Origin: Bugula neritina | Lineage: Eukaryota > Animalia > Bryozoa | Length of the DNA stretch: 64,000 bases | Assembly (NCBI GenBank): GCA_964035545.1 | Contig: OZ037771.1 | Location: 6,357,190 to 6,421,189 of the forward strand | Direction: 5' to 3' | Shown: piece after piece, positions 50,839-62,355 of the stretch | Layout: each line of letters begins with the position of its first letter | Position numbering within the stretch: position 1 is the first letter of the stretch | Notes under the pieces: generated by a model | Told to the model about the DNA's origin: nothing | What the model saw: the letters and a program-made list of their open reading frames with translations, nothing else | Database searches by the model: none | Made by a program: the position numbers and the translations under genes

Positions 50839-53800
50839 TTAAAATGGCTGGGCTTGGTAACGTTGTCTCAACCAGTTGTAGTCCCTGGCGCACCTCTTGG
50901 CTCTAACGTAGTGCATTATACCTTGGAGGAAGCAAAGAAAACCTGCAACACAAAATATAAAAACAAATCTTCTTTGAGGAATCCCTGGCACACACTAAAA
51001 TATCTATATATGTTTTACAGCCTGTTGGAGCATTGCATGCTCAACCAATTTTGTTTTATAATAAATTTTGTGCAAATATGGCTTGGATTAATTTGGGATT
51101 TCTGATCACTTGCCAATGACATTTCCAGTTGGCTTTCAAAGCTTCCAATACTTCTCAAATCAATCAGGTTACGTACTGTGATGGGAGTATAGGTGAGAAT
51201 AGCATGCTAAGCAAAATTATACTTCAAGTGCAAGTGGCTAATTTTATATATTCAATATGTTTTGGCTGGAAGTCCAAAAATTACGATGCCATCAATTGGA
51301 ACTGTCTTTGATCTACATTAATATATTTATGTGCTATTTTTATATGCATTTCATTTCATTCATGGCAATTATAAGTTGGTAAAATGCCAATGTTTATGCT
51401 GATATTAGGTTGAAAGCCCCTACTTGAAGCTGAACTAAGAGAAAAGGCAGGAATATCTGGCATTATATTCAAAGTCAGCATGCATTACAAGCAACAGAAA
51501 TAATTTTGTAATGGCTGAGAATTTGGCCTTGATGCTCCGTACCTCATCAGCTCTACGAACCACATTCACTATCAGATTAGGAGATGGCAATGCCATATAA
51601 TGATAAGCCATACTCAACAATGGTAGGAAGCTCCATTTCCAGCAGACTGGATAACTTATCCATTATTTATACAATTTAGAAATAAACAATGCTTGGCAAA
51701 ACTTGATAAAATACTTTTGAAACTTTTCCAAATTACAAAAAAGTTATTTACACAGAGCTGATGCTTCAGCAAAGTGTAGATTCGTGGCTTCCTGCCGACA
51801 TTGAAATATATGTATATAATGTAAATATATGTAAATAGTGAATTCACAAGATGGATTTGAGTGTTTGGTGAGCAAGTTCTCAGGGTCTATTGGCCGGTTG
51901 TGCTGGTGACTGCAGTTAATGTGATGCAAATAAAATGTGAATGATGACTTTAATGCCAACATTGGCGTGGATACTAATGCAGCCGTAGTCATGGAGAAAC
52001 CTCCTATCACTATGGTATACTCCAGCAATGCTCATCACTGTTTCCAATCTTGTCACCTGCTTCCTTTGTGTATTTTTAAGAAATAATTAAGTATGATTAT
52101 CTTAAAGATTTGGGACTGAAAGTGAGACAGTGAAAATCTAGGACTATCTGTTTAAAGGTAGCCAACTCTAAACTCATGAGATAAAAGAAAACAGTTTACA
52201 GACATTTTGCATACAGCCTAAGACAAGTGATGAATTGACAAACAAGATCAAATAAAAATCCTATTTTCTTACAGAACAAATAAATTTATATGGGAATATG
52301 TAACTGATTATGTTTGTTAAATGCTATATTTGAATGGATTGTAGTGCAGATGATGGTGGGTGAATGAATATAGGTGAAGACACAATGTAATGCTATTATC
52401 TACCAGACAGTGGCTGTATGGGAATTACTTGCAGCACCAACTAGGCATAAAATAGAACAGGATTAAAGAGTCCTGCCAAAATGAAAATAATATTCTGATA
52501 TTTATAGACTACTAAATTATCATTTTTTGTCAGGTTTTGATACGATACAGGTATAAATTTACATACTAAACATGAAAAACTCATTCATATATTATAACAC
52601 AGCAACGGCTGGTGAAGAAAAGCCGAACTAAGAAGAGAAAGAGGTGGAGTTGGACAGCAAACATACTCTCCATTGATATGCTACCATAATATTGTTACAG
52701 AGTCAATGTACTGGATCATATATAGTACACTATATATGATATTATTTAATATATAGTATACTATATATTATATAATACAATATACTTATAATATATAGTG
52801 TAAAGTTTTCATTATGATTGTTTATAAAATCTAAAGCTAAAATCAGTATAACCAACTGTAATCTATAATTTCCTGGGTAAAAGCTAAAGAAAATATTTTA
52901 ATGAATTTTAAAAGTTTGAGCCAAACAAATGTGTCTGATGACTTCCTACCGAGTCCAACGATGAGCCAGCAGGAGATGCTGAACCACTTGTTGTCTTTCA
53001 GAGTCATCGCTGTCGGGTCAGTTGAAGTCTTAGAGGTGAAAAAACTGAGTGAAGTCTCTGTGGTGTTGAGTCCCCAGGAGGAGTGGGTAATATAAGACTG
53101 GTGCTAGAAAGAGAAAACACCAAATGGAACATAATGCTAACTTACAATGCATACTTACAATGCATACTTACAATGCATACTTACAATGCATACTTACAAT
53201 GCATACTTACAATGCTTACTTACACTACCATACTTACACTACCATACTTACATTGCCTTACTTACAATGCATATTTACAATGCTCAACTATATCATTTAC
53301 AACTTGAACTGTGCAGTTACCAATAGGCAATAAAGCAGTTTTGCTAGTGGAGTTTCAGGTCTTTATAAGTGACACATGAAACTTATTCTATTACTTTAGA
53401 AAAACCCAGCCTATTCATATTAACATTAGAATTAACAGGTGGAAGTAAAATAAATAGGTTCATAATCTTTTTTCGGGTATAATAATTAGAAATTGACTTC
53501 TTTTAAAATGTTATATAGAAATATAAAACAACACGATTTTTATATAATTTCAAGCAGTTGTTGCAATTTTGAGAAAAATGCTTGCAAGTTCATCTATTGT
53601 CTTCAGTTGGCCAAAAGCTTTATAGCTTAGGACTAGTGGCATAGTAGTAGCAGTACTAGTAGTGGCAAAACTAGTAGTACTAGTAGTAGTGGTGGTGGCA
53701 GTAGTGGTGGTAGTAGTAGCAATAATAGTAGTAGTGGTGGTAGTAGTAGCAGCAGTAGTAATGGTGTTGGTGGTGGTGGTGGTGGTGGTAGCAGTAGTAG

Positions 53801-54408
53801 TAGCAGTAATAGTAGTAGTAGAAGCAGTAGCAGTAGTAATAGTGGTAGCAGTAATAGTAATAGTTGGAGGTGATTTGTGAACACTATTGGCTGTAGTACT
53901 TTAGCCAGTGTAGAGTTCAGCTTGGGGGTTGGCAAAAGCCTAGCATATAAACCTCTATGGAATGTCACTAATTATAGACTAAGATACTCATTATATTATC
54001 ATTACTTATACTAATGTGGTGAGCATTGTGGGCTATAACTATAATCCTCTCTAGTTGGCAACGATTTTACAGTAAAATCTAGAAAAAAAATTGGGGTTGC
54101 ATGGCAAATACTTTCTACCAGCATTGCTAACCAACTCCTAGTAGCAGAAAATAGATGGCATAAAGTATAAATAATACAACTAGTGGAGTGGTAGACAAGC
54201 AGTAGTGTTATAATGGGAGCTCTTGGATCATTAACATGATGCATCTGCTTCAAATATTTCTCAGATTTTCAATTTGTAAACAATACTAGTTGAGAATCCA
54301 TGGAACAGCGCATCAGTATAACAGAGATGTAAATCATCAAGTGGGATTAAATAATTTAGATTGTAAAAGAAAGTGGGGAGACAACTCCGGAATAATAAAC
54401 CCAAACAT

Positions 54409-54464
<56 letters not shown>

Positions 54465-57121
54465 CATTCGATGATGGCTTAAATTCCTAAATGCAAGTAT
54501 AACTTAGTACATATATGGTTGTCTACCAAACTTAGATGACTCATAATTATGACTTAGTATGATATCTATAGCCCACAATGATATCTCTCTTTTCCTGGTA
54601 TTACTGCACTTTTTATACACCGATTGTTGTCGCAAATTATGCAATAATAAATATTCAAATATAAAACATACAAATTATCACAATTACACAAATTCTGATC
54701 TCTTCAGTTTTTGCCAAATGCTTTTCCATTAAATGCTATTGCAAAGGTGACACAACTCTTTATCCATGCAATCAACATATACTCAAAACATCAATGTTAT
54801 CAACCGTCTTTGACAGGCTTTACTTCTACAACCGCTGAGTATATTTCAAGAATTAATACAACAGTCAATTCTCAATGCATATCGCTCTTAAGCTTATAAT
54901 ACCTATCTATATATGTATATGTTTCCTGTTGCATGAATTCGCTGTACACAATACCCCTTTCCCTTGCCTTCCATGGTATCAACTGTAACGTACTTTGTTC
55001 TGAAGTAGACAACTCCAAACACAAGGCAATGTCTGAGCTTCAAAACTGTGCGCTCGGCATAGAAGCAATAAATTAGGTAAACAGGAAATAACTTACCATA
55101 ACCAGAAACGACCACTTGACCACCGAGAGTCCAAATCCAGAAACAGCGCCAGCTCGTCCAGCAATGGTGACAGTGAGGCAGCAGAGAGCAGCAAACAATC
55201 CAATCCAGTTGAAGAGCAGAGCAACTGCAGGGAATAATACAAACTGAAATCTGCTTCATTACACAGCCCTCTGTGATCAGGCAGTGAGAAGTGCTCTTAA
55301 GCTATTCACTATTATTTAGTAAAAGTAACACAACCTAAGTTGAAATTTAAACTGTTAAAAGTGCAGTGGCAAGATTAATCGAGTCAAAACATCTCGCATT
55401 ATAAACATGACATTTAGTTCTTCAGCACAAATTAAATTCTTATAAGACAGTATTGACAAAATACTAGCAAGTTTGCTACAGATCAATAAACTATTAGAAG
55501 CTAAACTCGTATCATAGACAGTGGCCGGAGAAAGGTGTATGGCATATACACAGTTCTATACGACAGTTGTTTATACCAGCAAATGACTTCACATGGCATA
55601 TAGCTGTAGTACACGCACAATCACCATTAACCAAGTCTAAAGAACAACACAAGCTGTAGCAGTGGGCAAGAAAACTCTAGTCCACAAAAATAAGTTTAGG
55701 TGGCAATATAATGAAGTGTACTCAAACACACAACTCATGAGCTAGACTGCGCAACCAGCTTGTCTAACAAAGTGCTGGATTTGAAATGATAAAATATTGA
55801 TGTTCAAAAGTAACAAAATTAGCTCAGAGAGAGACTTTTCTTGCAAAAAAGTTCTATTAAATACGTATATGTGTGTTAATAACAGCTGCAGGTAAAGGCC
55901 ATTACTTAAAGGAAACTGTAAGTTCATTTAAAACTGTCAGAAAAAAAAGTTTAGGATTGGTGAGGAGAGATATTACAGTAGCTACTGACCAAGGAAACAA
56001 CAGAGATACTCCAGCTCTGTGCCAAGCACCTGTTGCCTCAGCTGAGCATGACTAATGGTGTCAGGGTTGACATCCTGGTCCTGCCTCCCATCTGAGAAGA
56101 GTAAGCCAGGACCTGCCTGCAACCAACAATCACCTGCTGTATAATTATTCACTGCTTTACTTTTATTTTTTGTTTTATTTTTCTAAAGGCACAAGTTTCT
56201 ACAAAAAACTAAAATATAGAATTTTCATTCAGGTACAGATAGCTTGAAAATTTTATTTTTGACTGCTTAACAGTAATTTTAATCCTGAAACTCTTAGAGC
56301 AGGAATTCCAATACTTTTACACAATATTAAACCCATCAATTTGGAACTAGGTTACATGTGGCTTTATTACTAGTGCATGTATTCTACCCATAGGAAGACA
56401 CGCTGCTGACGCTGTCGTCTAGCCTCTCTCGCTGCTCTGTCAGGACACTCCGACTCTTGACCAATCAGAGGGACTCCTGCCTCATCAGCTTTACACTTCT
56501 CAGCCTCGTCATAGGAAGGAAGTTTGGTAGCGACATCGTACGCAGGAGGAGAGGGGTTGGTGGCTGCCAAGTCAGCACTGTTTGCTCCAGCATATGCTAC
56601 GACATAGATAAGTTTAGTAATTCACACTCGTCGAAGAGTCTAATCACATCTTATACTTGCTATTGAACAATAAACAACTTACCAGGTGGTGGTCCTACTT
56701 CTTCAGATGGGTTTGAAGCATTACCAGATTCTGCGTCTCTTTGAGGCTACATTAAACAGAATATTCAAATTCTAAAATCTAAGCTATGCTAGAATAACAG
56801 CTTTAGTAGTGATAAAAACTGTATATAATAGAGGAGTGTTTCAATCCATGTCAGGATATGTAACCCAAGAGTCGCCTTCTCTTTATGATCAACAAATTTC
56901 TCTTCACAATTTATCTCAACACTCTGATACAGATTAAACAGCTATGTAACAGTTGAAACCTGAGTGGTAATCACAACGCACTGAACATGTCATGGTTAAA
57001 TTAATTTACATAATATTTATTTATAACATTGAGCTTAGCTTTTTTTTCTTAATGTAGGCAAACAAATTGAAAAGCACCATAGCTACTACAGATATTTTAT
57101 GTTTACAAGTCTTACCTCCAT
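50839..57121 (-). CDS. NDFIP: NEDD4 family-interacting protein (NDFIP1/2 orthologue)
   Basis: Exons 57121-57116 (start exon, less certain), 56746-56683, 56596-56388, 56116-55990, 55224-55097, 53103-52950, 50942-50839. Three PY motifs (PPPAY, PPAY, LPSY) and the TM signature ALLFNWIGLF...TIAGRAGAVSGFGLSVVKW...LGFLCFLQGIMHY. Confidence 0.93.
53135..53305. repeat. 13-bp tandem repeat (TACTTACAATGCA)
   Basis: About 6 perfect copies then decayed ones, next to an NDFIP acceptor. Confidence 0.9.
53632..53865. repeat. (TAG/TGG/CAG)n trinucleotide microsatellite
   Basis: Direct reading; NDFIP intron. Confidence 0.93.
54411..54461. repeat. (TA)n microsatellite
   Basis: About 25 perfect TA units. Confidence 0.97.
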
Positions 57122-57653
57122 ATGTTTTTGAATCGATTTTTAGACTTTAAGTGAGGATGTGTTGTACCAGTTTAGGCTAAAAAAATCCATAATAGAAAAA
57201 AGTTACATTTCTACGAATAGTCATACTTGGCTGTTCAAATTGGAAAAATTTTTTTTAGTGGCTTTTGGCTTTAACTTTTAGCACAGGTTTTCAAAGGCAT
57301 GATTGAATATGACAGTTGTCTTATTTATAGATATACCGAAACTTGAGGTACTAATTAAGTTATGCACACTTGAACTATAACTCTCAGACTAAATGATTAA
57401 TAAGTCACTAACTAATTATAATAATATTTTTGACAATGATGGCTTTATAATTATGTATAATCACAATTAAAACAAAAAGTGATAATTTATACTTGCTGCA
57501 TAATTGATTTACCAAAATAATTATTTGGTCAACTTTAATTTATTTGCAAAAAAATTTCGATTGTTCTGTTATAATTGATTTTCATTATAGTTATTACTAA
57601 TCACATTTACTTATATTAGCTAAAGCTGTGTACAAGTCATGTTTGCTTTAGTT

Positions 57654-57952
57654 CAGGGTTGTCCAACAGATAGCCCCAGGGCCGGATGCGGCCCCCCCAG
57701 CCTACATTTATGTGGCCCTCAAAGGCATAACATTTATAAAAAAATTTCTTACACATATGAATTAGAGTGAAAAACATCTTTTAACTGTCCTATTTATATA
57801 TATGCTACGAAACATGAAGCCTGCAATTTGAAATAAAGTATTTTGGAAATTACTGATACAGTGGCCCCCCAGCTCAAACTAAACTTTACAATGTGGCCCT
57901 CGCCACTGGAATATTTCCTTTCAGTGACCCTCAGTTAGGTTGGACACCCCTG
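57654..57952 (-). mobile_element. hAT (Charlie-like) MITE, copy 2
   Basis: TIRs CAGGGTTGTCCAAC / GTTGGACACCCCTG; 8-bp TSD CTTTAGTT / CTCTAGTT (7/8); reverse orientation relative to 30997-31285. Confidence 0.88.
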
Positions 57953-58319
57953 CTCTAGTTGATTGATTAAATAATTGACTGGCTAAAACTTTTTGAAAAT
58001 TGAGCAAATCAAAGTAACTATTTGCTTTTCTCATTTATAATAACTGCAAGCTTTAAAACAAAACTGTGAAATAATGACAATGAGATCAGCCACTATATAT
58101 TCATATTAATATTGACCTAAATTGCTGTATTGCCTATATTGCCACCATTAATTTAATTATCTATTAACTAAAGTGAAGAAAGTTTTAAAATTAGTTGGAG
58201 CTAAAACTACTAGCATAAAGTTATCTTATTTAAAATGCATGCGTGACGTAAGATAATATTAAAAATAAACACAGGTAAATGTTCAAGTAAACATGATATA
58301 TTTGACTGCATTATAACCA

Positions 58320-60080
58320 ATAAGTATAACTTACAAGTTGATTGAAATTGACTTTAAATTCAATAAATTTAAGTGGTGAGCTACGCATATTGCAATTTGT
58401 TTTAACTTATATTCTGATCTGGACTTGGTTATTCATCCAATTTGATCTAAATCAAAATGTGACTTGAGTCTCAAGTTGATCCAACTCTGTTTCTAACAAA
58501 AGCTTAAAGCAAGTGTTCTTGAGTGTTCGATATTTTCAAAGACAAAGATGTTCAAAATTAAATTTAATGTTAATTTTGCAACTTTAAGCTAAAGTTGAAC
58601 TTTGGCATAACAAGTTCAACTTCAAGTTGAAGCTTAACGTTAAGTTTAAGCTTAACTTAAAGTTGAACTTAAGGTTGGTGTTGCTCATATCCATATTGAC
58701 ATTTCATATTCATTTTGATTGATATACAAAATCAACATTATAATACTTAAACTTATACTTATAGTTATAGTCTCAGCTGAGTTATACTTATACTTATAGT
58801 CATACTCATAGTCATAGTGAAACTGAATATCAATATGATACAATATGAATATGACAGTCACACTCACTGTCACTGTCAGTGTCAGTCACAGTGTGAGTGT
58901 GTAATTAAATTTATTATTATACATTCATTATCACATATTAGTATGAGTAGCACTGTATCAAAAGTGACATTGTATTAAACTACTCCAACTCCTTATCAGA
59001 CATTTTAACTTACATATAAAATAATCTGATAATTATTGCTATTAGAGATGAGCTGTGATTGTTATTATTTACGACACAAGATGGCCGAAATTGCCTACAT
59101 TTTAGCTATAGTTTTGGAATAAATACGTCTGTCTAACGTGTACACCCATAAACTAAATTTTTAAGCGCAGGAGCAATGATGCAAAACTAGACCGATTAAA
59201 AACATTGACTCAGCTCGGAATTATTCAGTGTCAGATTAGAGCTTCAGGCTGGCTTAAACCCAAATACGTCAATGTATACATTTTTATTTGGCAAGTTTCT
59301 TAAATGTCAAGGCTCTTGGTAACTTCCGTTGTATCTGACCCATCAACTACTTTTGTAGTCAAACTATGAGCATGTTCATGTTGATTGTTATAAATATTAT
59401 AATTATTAATATAAATATTATAAACTTGTAGACTATCATGATAATCATATTTTATGATATTTGTGTATGTAATTTATGTTTATTTTATTATGATGGTATG
59501 CGTCTCTTTTTCTTGAATTCCGAAGATAATTTTAATAATAATGATACAATCAATATGAATATGAATATCAATATCAATATGAATCACTATCAGAATATAA
59601 ATATGAGAATTCCAAATTGAAATTCAATATCAATATGGATTGTTTGAATATGGATACGAAACTCAATTTGGACTGTTATTCATTATTGTAAAACTGAACA
59701 GAAGATAAAAACTAAAAATAAAAGTGAAACTAAAAGTAAAAGAGGTTTCAAAAAAATAAAAATTTGGATATTCAATTTCATATAGTTACATTATTATATT
59801 TAGTATTTTGTAATTATTTTAATTTAATAATTTAGTTTACTTATGTTATTAACAAATTCAAATGGTATCAAATCAATTTTGAGTAATTTTATTTATTAAA
59901 TATTACTACAAGTATAACAGTTAATAAGTATGATAATGATAATTATTAATCATGATAATAACAAATAATACTAGCACTGTAAGCATAATTATTGTCATTG
60001 CTACGGCTTACTTGAACTTGAAGGCTTTGGAACAGAGCTGAATTAAATTCACAATAACTCTAAGTCAATAGCTCAACTTC
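58320..60080. repeat. Degenerate 6-bp-period arrays flanking the NDFIP/PDSS2 promoter
   Basis: aagttc aacttc aagttg aagctt aacgtt aagttt; ttatac ttatag; gacagt cacact cactgt cagtgt; aatatg aatatc; taaaac taaaaa taaaag. Confidence 0.75.
59060..59345. promoter_or_regulatory. Probable bidirectional promoter NDFIP/PDSS2
   Basis: CpG-richer island between divergent genes; YY1-like CAAGATGGCCG at ~59077 and ETS-like AACTTCCG at ~59321. Confidence 0.5.
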
Positions 60081-60598
60081 AAACCAATTTAATGGCAGTC
60101 AACTGATGATTAACGCATAATTTAAATGTGTAGTCAAGGGTTTGAGCTGCCTTCAGTCTATTTTAGTTGAAATTATGTTTATAGAGATAACTACCTACTA
60201 CTACATTTCTCTCAGCAGCAGAATTTTTAGTGCAGCATAATAAATTGATGCCAACTGCCAACTGAAATACTTTTTAATGGTGTTGAATAGCAATGTATGG
60301 TGTGGTTGTATATATTAAATTGTATGATTTTCATACTACTACTTGAAACTTGATTCGGATTTTTGTGAAAGATTGTAATTTCATTTTAATATTTGAATAA
60401 TTTTATATTCTACCACTGTGTTTTTGCTGCAAAAAAGTTTTGTTATTTTCTCTACCTTAGCTTACTTATTTTGTGGTGTGGTGTTTAATTGTACACATGC
60501 TTATTGTAACTGTAGGCTGGATGGTTGTAGAATTTTCTGTCTAAAAGAAGGCCCTTTGATACTAATGAAAACTAGTAGTAAAGTAGCTGATATAGACA

Positions 60599-61780
60599 AT
60601 GAATCATTGGAGAAGTTCAAGTCGAATTCAACTGACCTCTTATATAAGAGCTGTGGTAGGAAAGTTGGATGTGCTTCATGATGACCACATATTTCATAGT
60701 ACAACTTTAGGAAGGTTGAGATATTCTAGATCCCATGTACTCACTCAACAATATAGCTCTTCAGCCAAAGATGGCTCAGTATGTTGGAACACAGCTGTAT
60801 CGGTTGCAGAAAAGGTTGTTGGATATCCAACAAGCTTTATGAATCTGAGGTTTTGGCTGAGTGATGAAATGTCAAATGTTGCTGTTAACATGCGAAAGCT
60901 AATTGGAACTAAACATCCCTTAATGAAAACTGCAAAGGGATTGCTTTTTGACAATAAAGAAAATATGCAAACTAGGGGGTTAGTTGTACTACTTATCGCT
61001 AAAGCAGCTGCCATGCCTGAAAATGCTAGAAAATTTGAGCATCACACTCTAGATAAAGAATACGTATCATTGCAAAATACTGAAGTTGGCAATCTTCATA
61101 GTAACGGTATTCTTAGCACACAAAGATCTCTAGCAGAAATTACAGAAATGATAAATACAGCATTTGTTTTACATAGAGGGGTAATGGACATTGACTTATC
61201 AGATAAGGAAAGACCTTTTGATTCTGAGACTGAAGACCTACTATATGGTAATAAAATGTCCTTACTCAGCGGGGATTACCTTTTAGCAAAAGCATCAGCT
61301 GGCTTAGCAGCTCTAGGTAACACATATGTCGTAGAGATAATGGCCAGTGCTATCTCTGATCTAATGGAGTCTAGATTCTTTCTTGATGATCTCTTGTCAA
61401 GTGAAGTGGCGAAATTAAGTCTTTCTCAATGGGAGGAGTTAGCTTACAAGACTGGAGCATGTTTGTACGCCAAATCATGTCAGTCAGCGCTTATGTTAAG
61501 AGAACATCCGGAGAATGTGACTAACGCAGCATTTGAATTTGGGAAATATTTTGGTCTACTTCGTCAAATAAAATCTGAACTAGATGCTGAGAAGGGTTCA
61601 GAAAGGAACCAAAGTTCCATCCTTAGTATTCTTAGCACTGACGAATTGAAGGATGTGCAGAATAATTATGTTGAGAATGCCATAGACAATATGACAGTAT
61701 TAACCAATGTGGAAGCTAGAGAGGCGTTAAAAGACATAGTCCTTGCTCTCTCTAGTAGTATCTCATATGAGGTACTTTAA
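60599..61780 (+). CDS. PDSS2: Decaprenyl-diphosphate synthase subunit 2
   Basis: WNTAVSVAEKVVGYPTSFMNLRFWLSDEMSNVA..MRKLIGTKHPL, QRSLAEITEMI.TAF.LHRG, GNKMSLLSGDYLLA; lacks DDxxD motifs, as expected for subunit 2. CDS is intronless; acceptor at ~60515. Confidence 0.95.
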   Translation: MNHWRSSSRIQLTSYIRAVVGKLDVLHDDHIFHSTTLGRLRYSRSHVLTQQYSSSAKDGSVCWNTAVSVAEKVVGYPTSFMNLRFWLSDEMSNVAVNMRKLIGTKHPLMKTAKGLLFDNKENMQTRGLVVLLIAKAAAMPENARKFEHHTLDKEYVSLQNTEVGNLHSNGILSTQRSLAEITEMINTAFVLHRGVMDIDLSDKERPFDSETEDLLYGNKMSLLSGDYLLAKASAGLAALGNTYVVEIMASAISDLMESRFFLDDLLSSEVAKLSLSQWEELAYKTGACLYAKSCQSALMLREHPENVTNAAFEFGKYFGLLRQIKSELDAEKGSERNQSSILSILSTDELKDVQNNYVENAIDNMTVLTNVEAREALKDIVLALSSSISYEVL

Positions 61781-62355
61781 CCAGCCCCTTATTTGTAATT
61801 TCCTACTAATAAATTTGCTTTTTCTTGAAATACTGTTATTAGTTTCATTACATGTACATGCACATAGATTTTATACAAAAGCTGGTTTTGTAAAGATATT
61901 ATTTTTATACCATCAATTACAAGACGAAATATTTAAAAATGTTGCAGACTTCAATTATGAAAGCTGGCAATACAATCATCGCTTATTCACTGAGTTTTAT
62001 TCTGTGTTTAAATCAAAAAGTTATGTTAAATTGTGTCAAGACGAAAATATTCACAGTGCAAAAATTTTTGCTGGCTTCTCTAATAATAGGTAATCACTCA
62101 GTATATAAAAAATTAGCCATATCTATTGGTAATCTTTCCGAGGAAGTAATAGGTAACGGTGCAATTATGGATGTTGGTCTGCTTAATTATATTGCATGCT
62201 CAGGTTTTTTGTAGTTTTATCACAATTAACTCATTCCGTCATATAATATTCTGTATTAATGTAACACATCACACTCACCTGCCTATCATTGAAATTCGAA
62301 TAGATGCTGTATTTGTGTATATTGCACAAATAGTGAGACATTTAATGTAGGATGA

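Noticed and set aside
50209-51105. 298-aa ORF with poly-Val, plus overlapping poly-Thr and Val/Ile ORFs
   Set aside because: Translation of the (TAG)n microsatellite, antisense to the last NDFIP coding exon.
53633-53968. Poly-Leu/Pro and poly-Val ORFs
   Set aside because: Trinucleotide microsatellite within an NDFIP intron.
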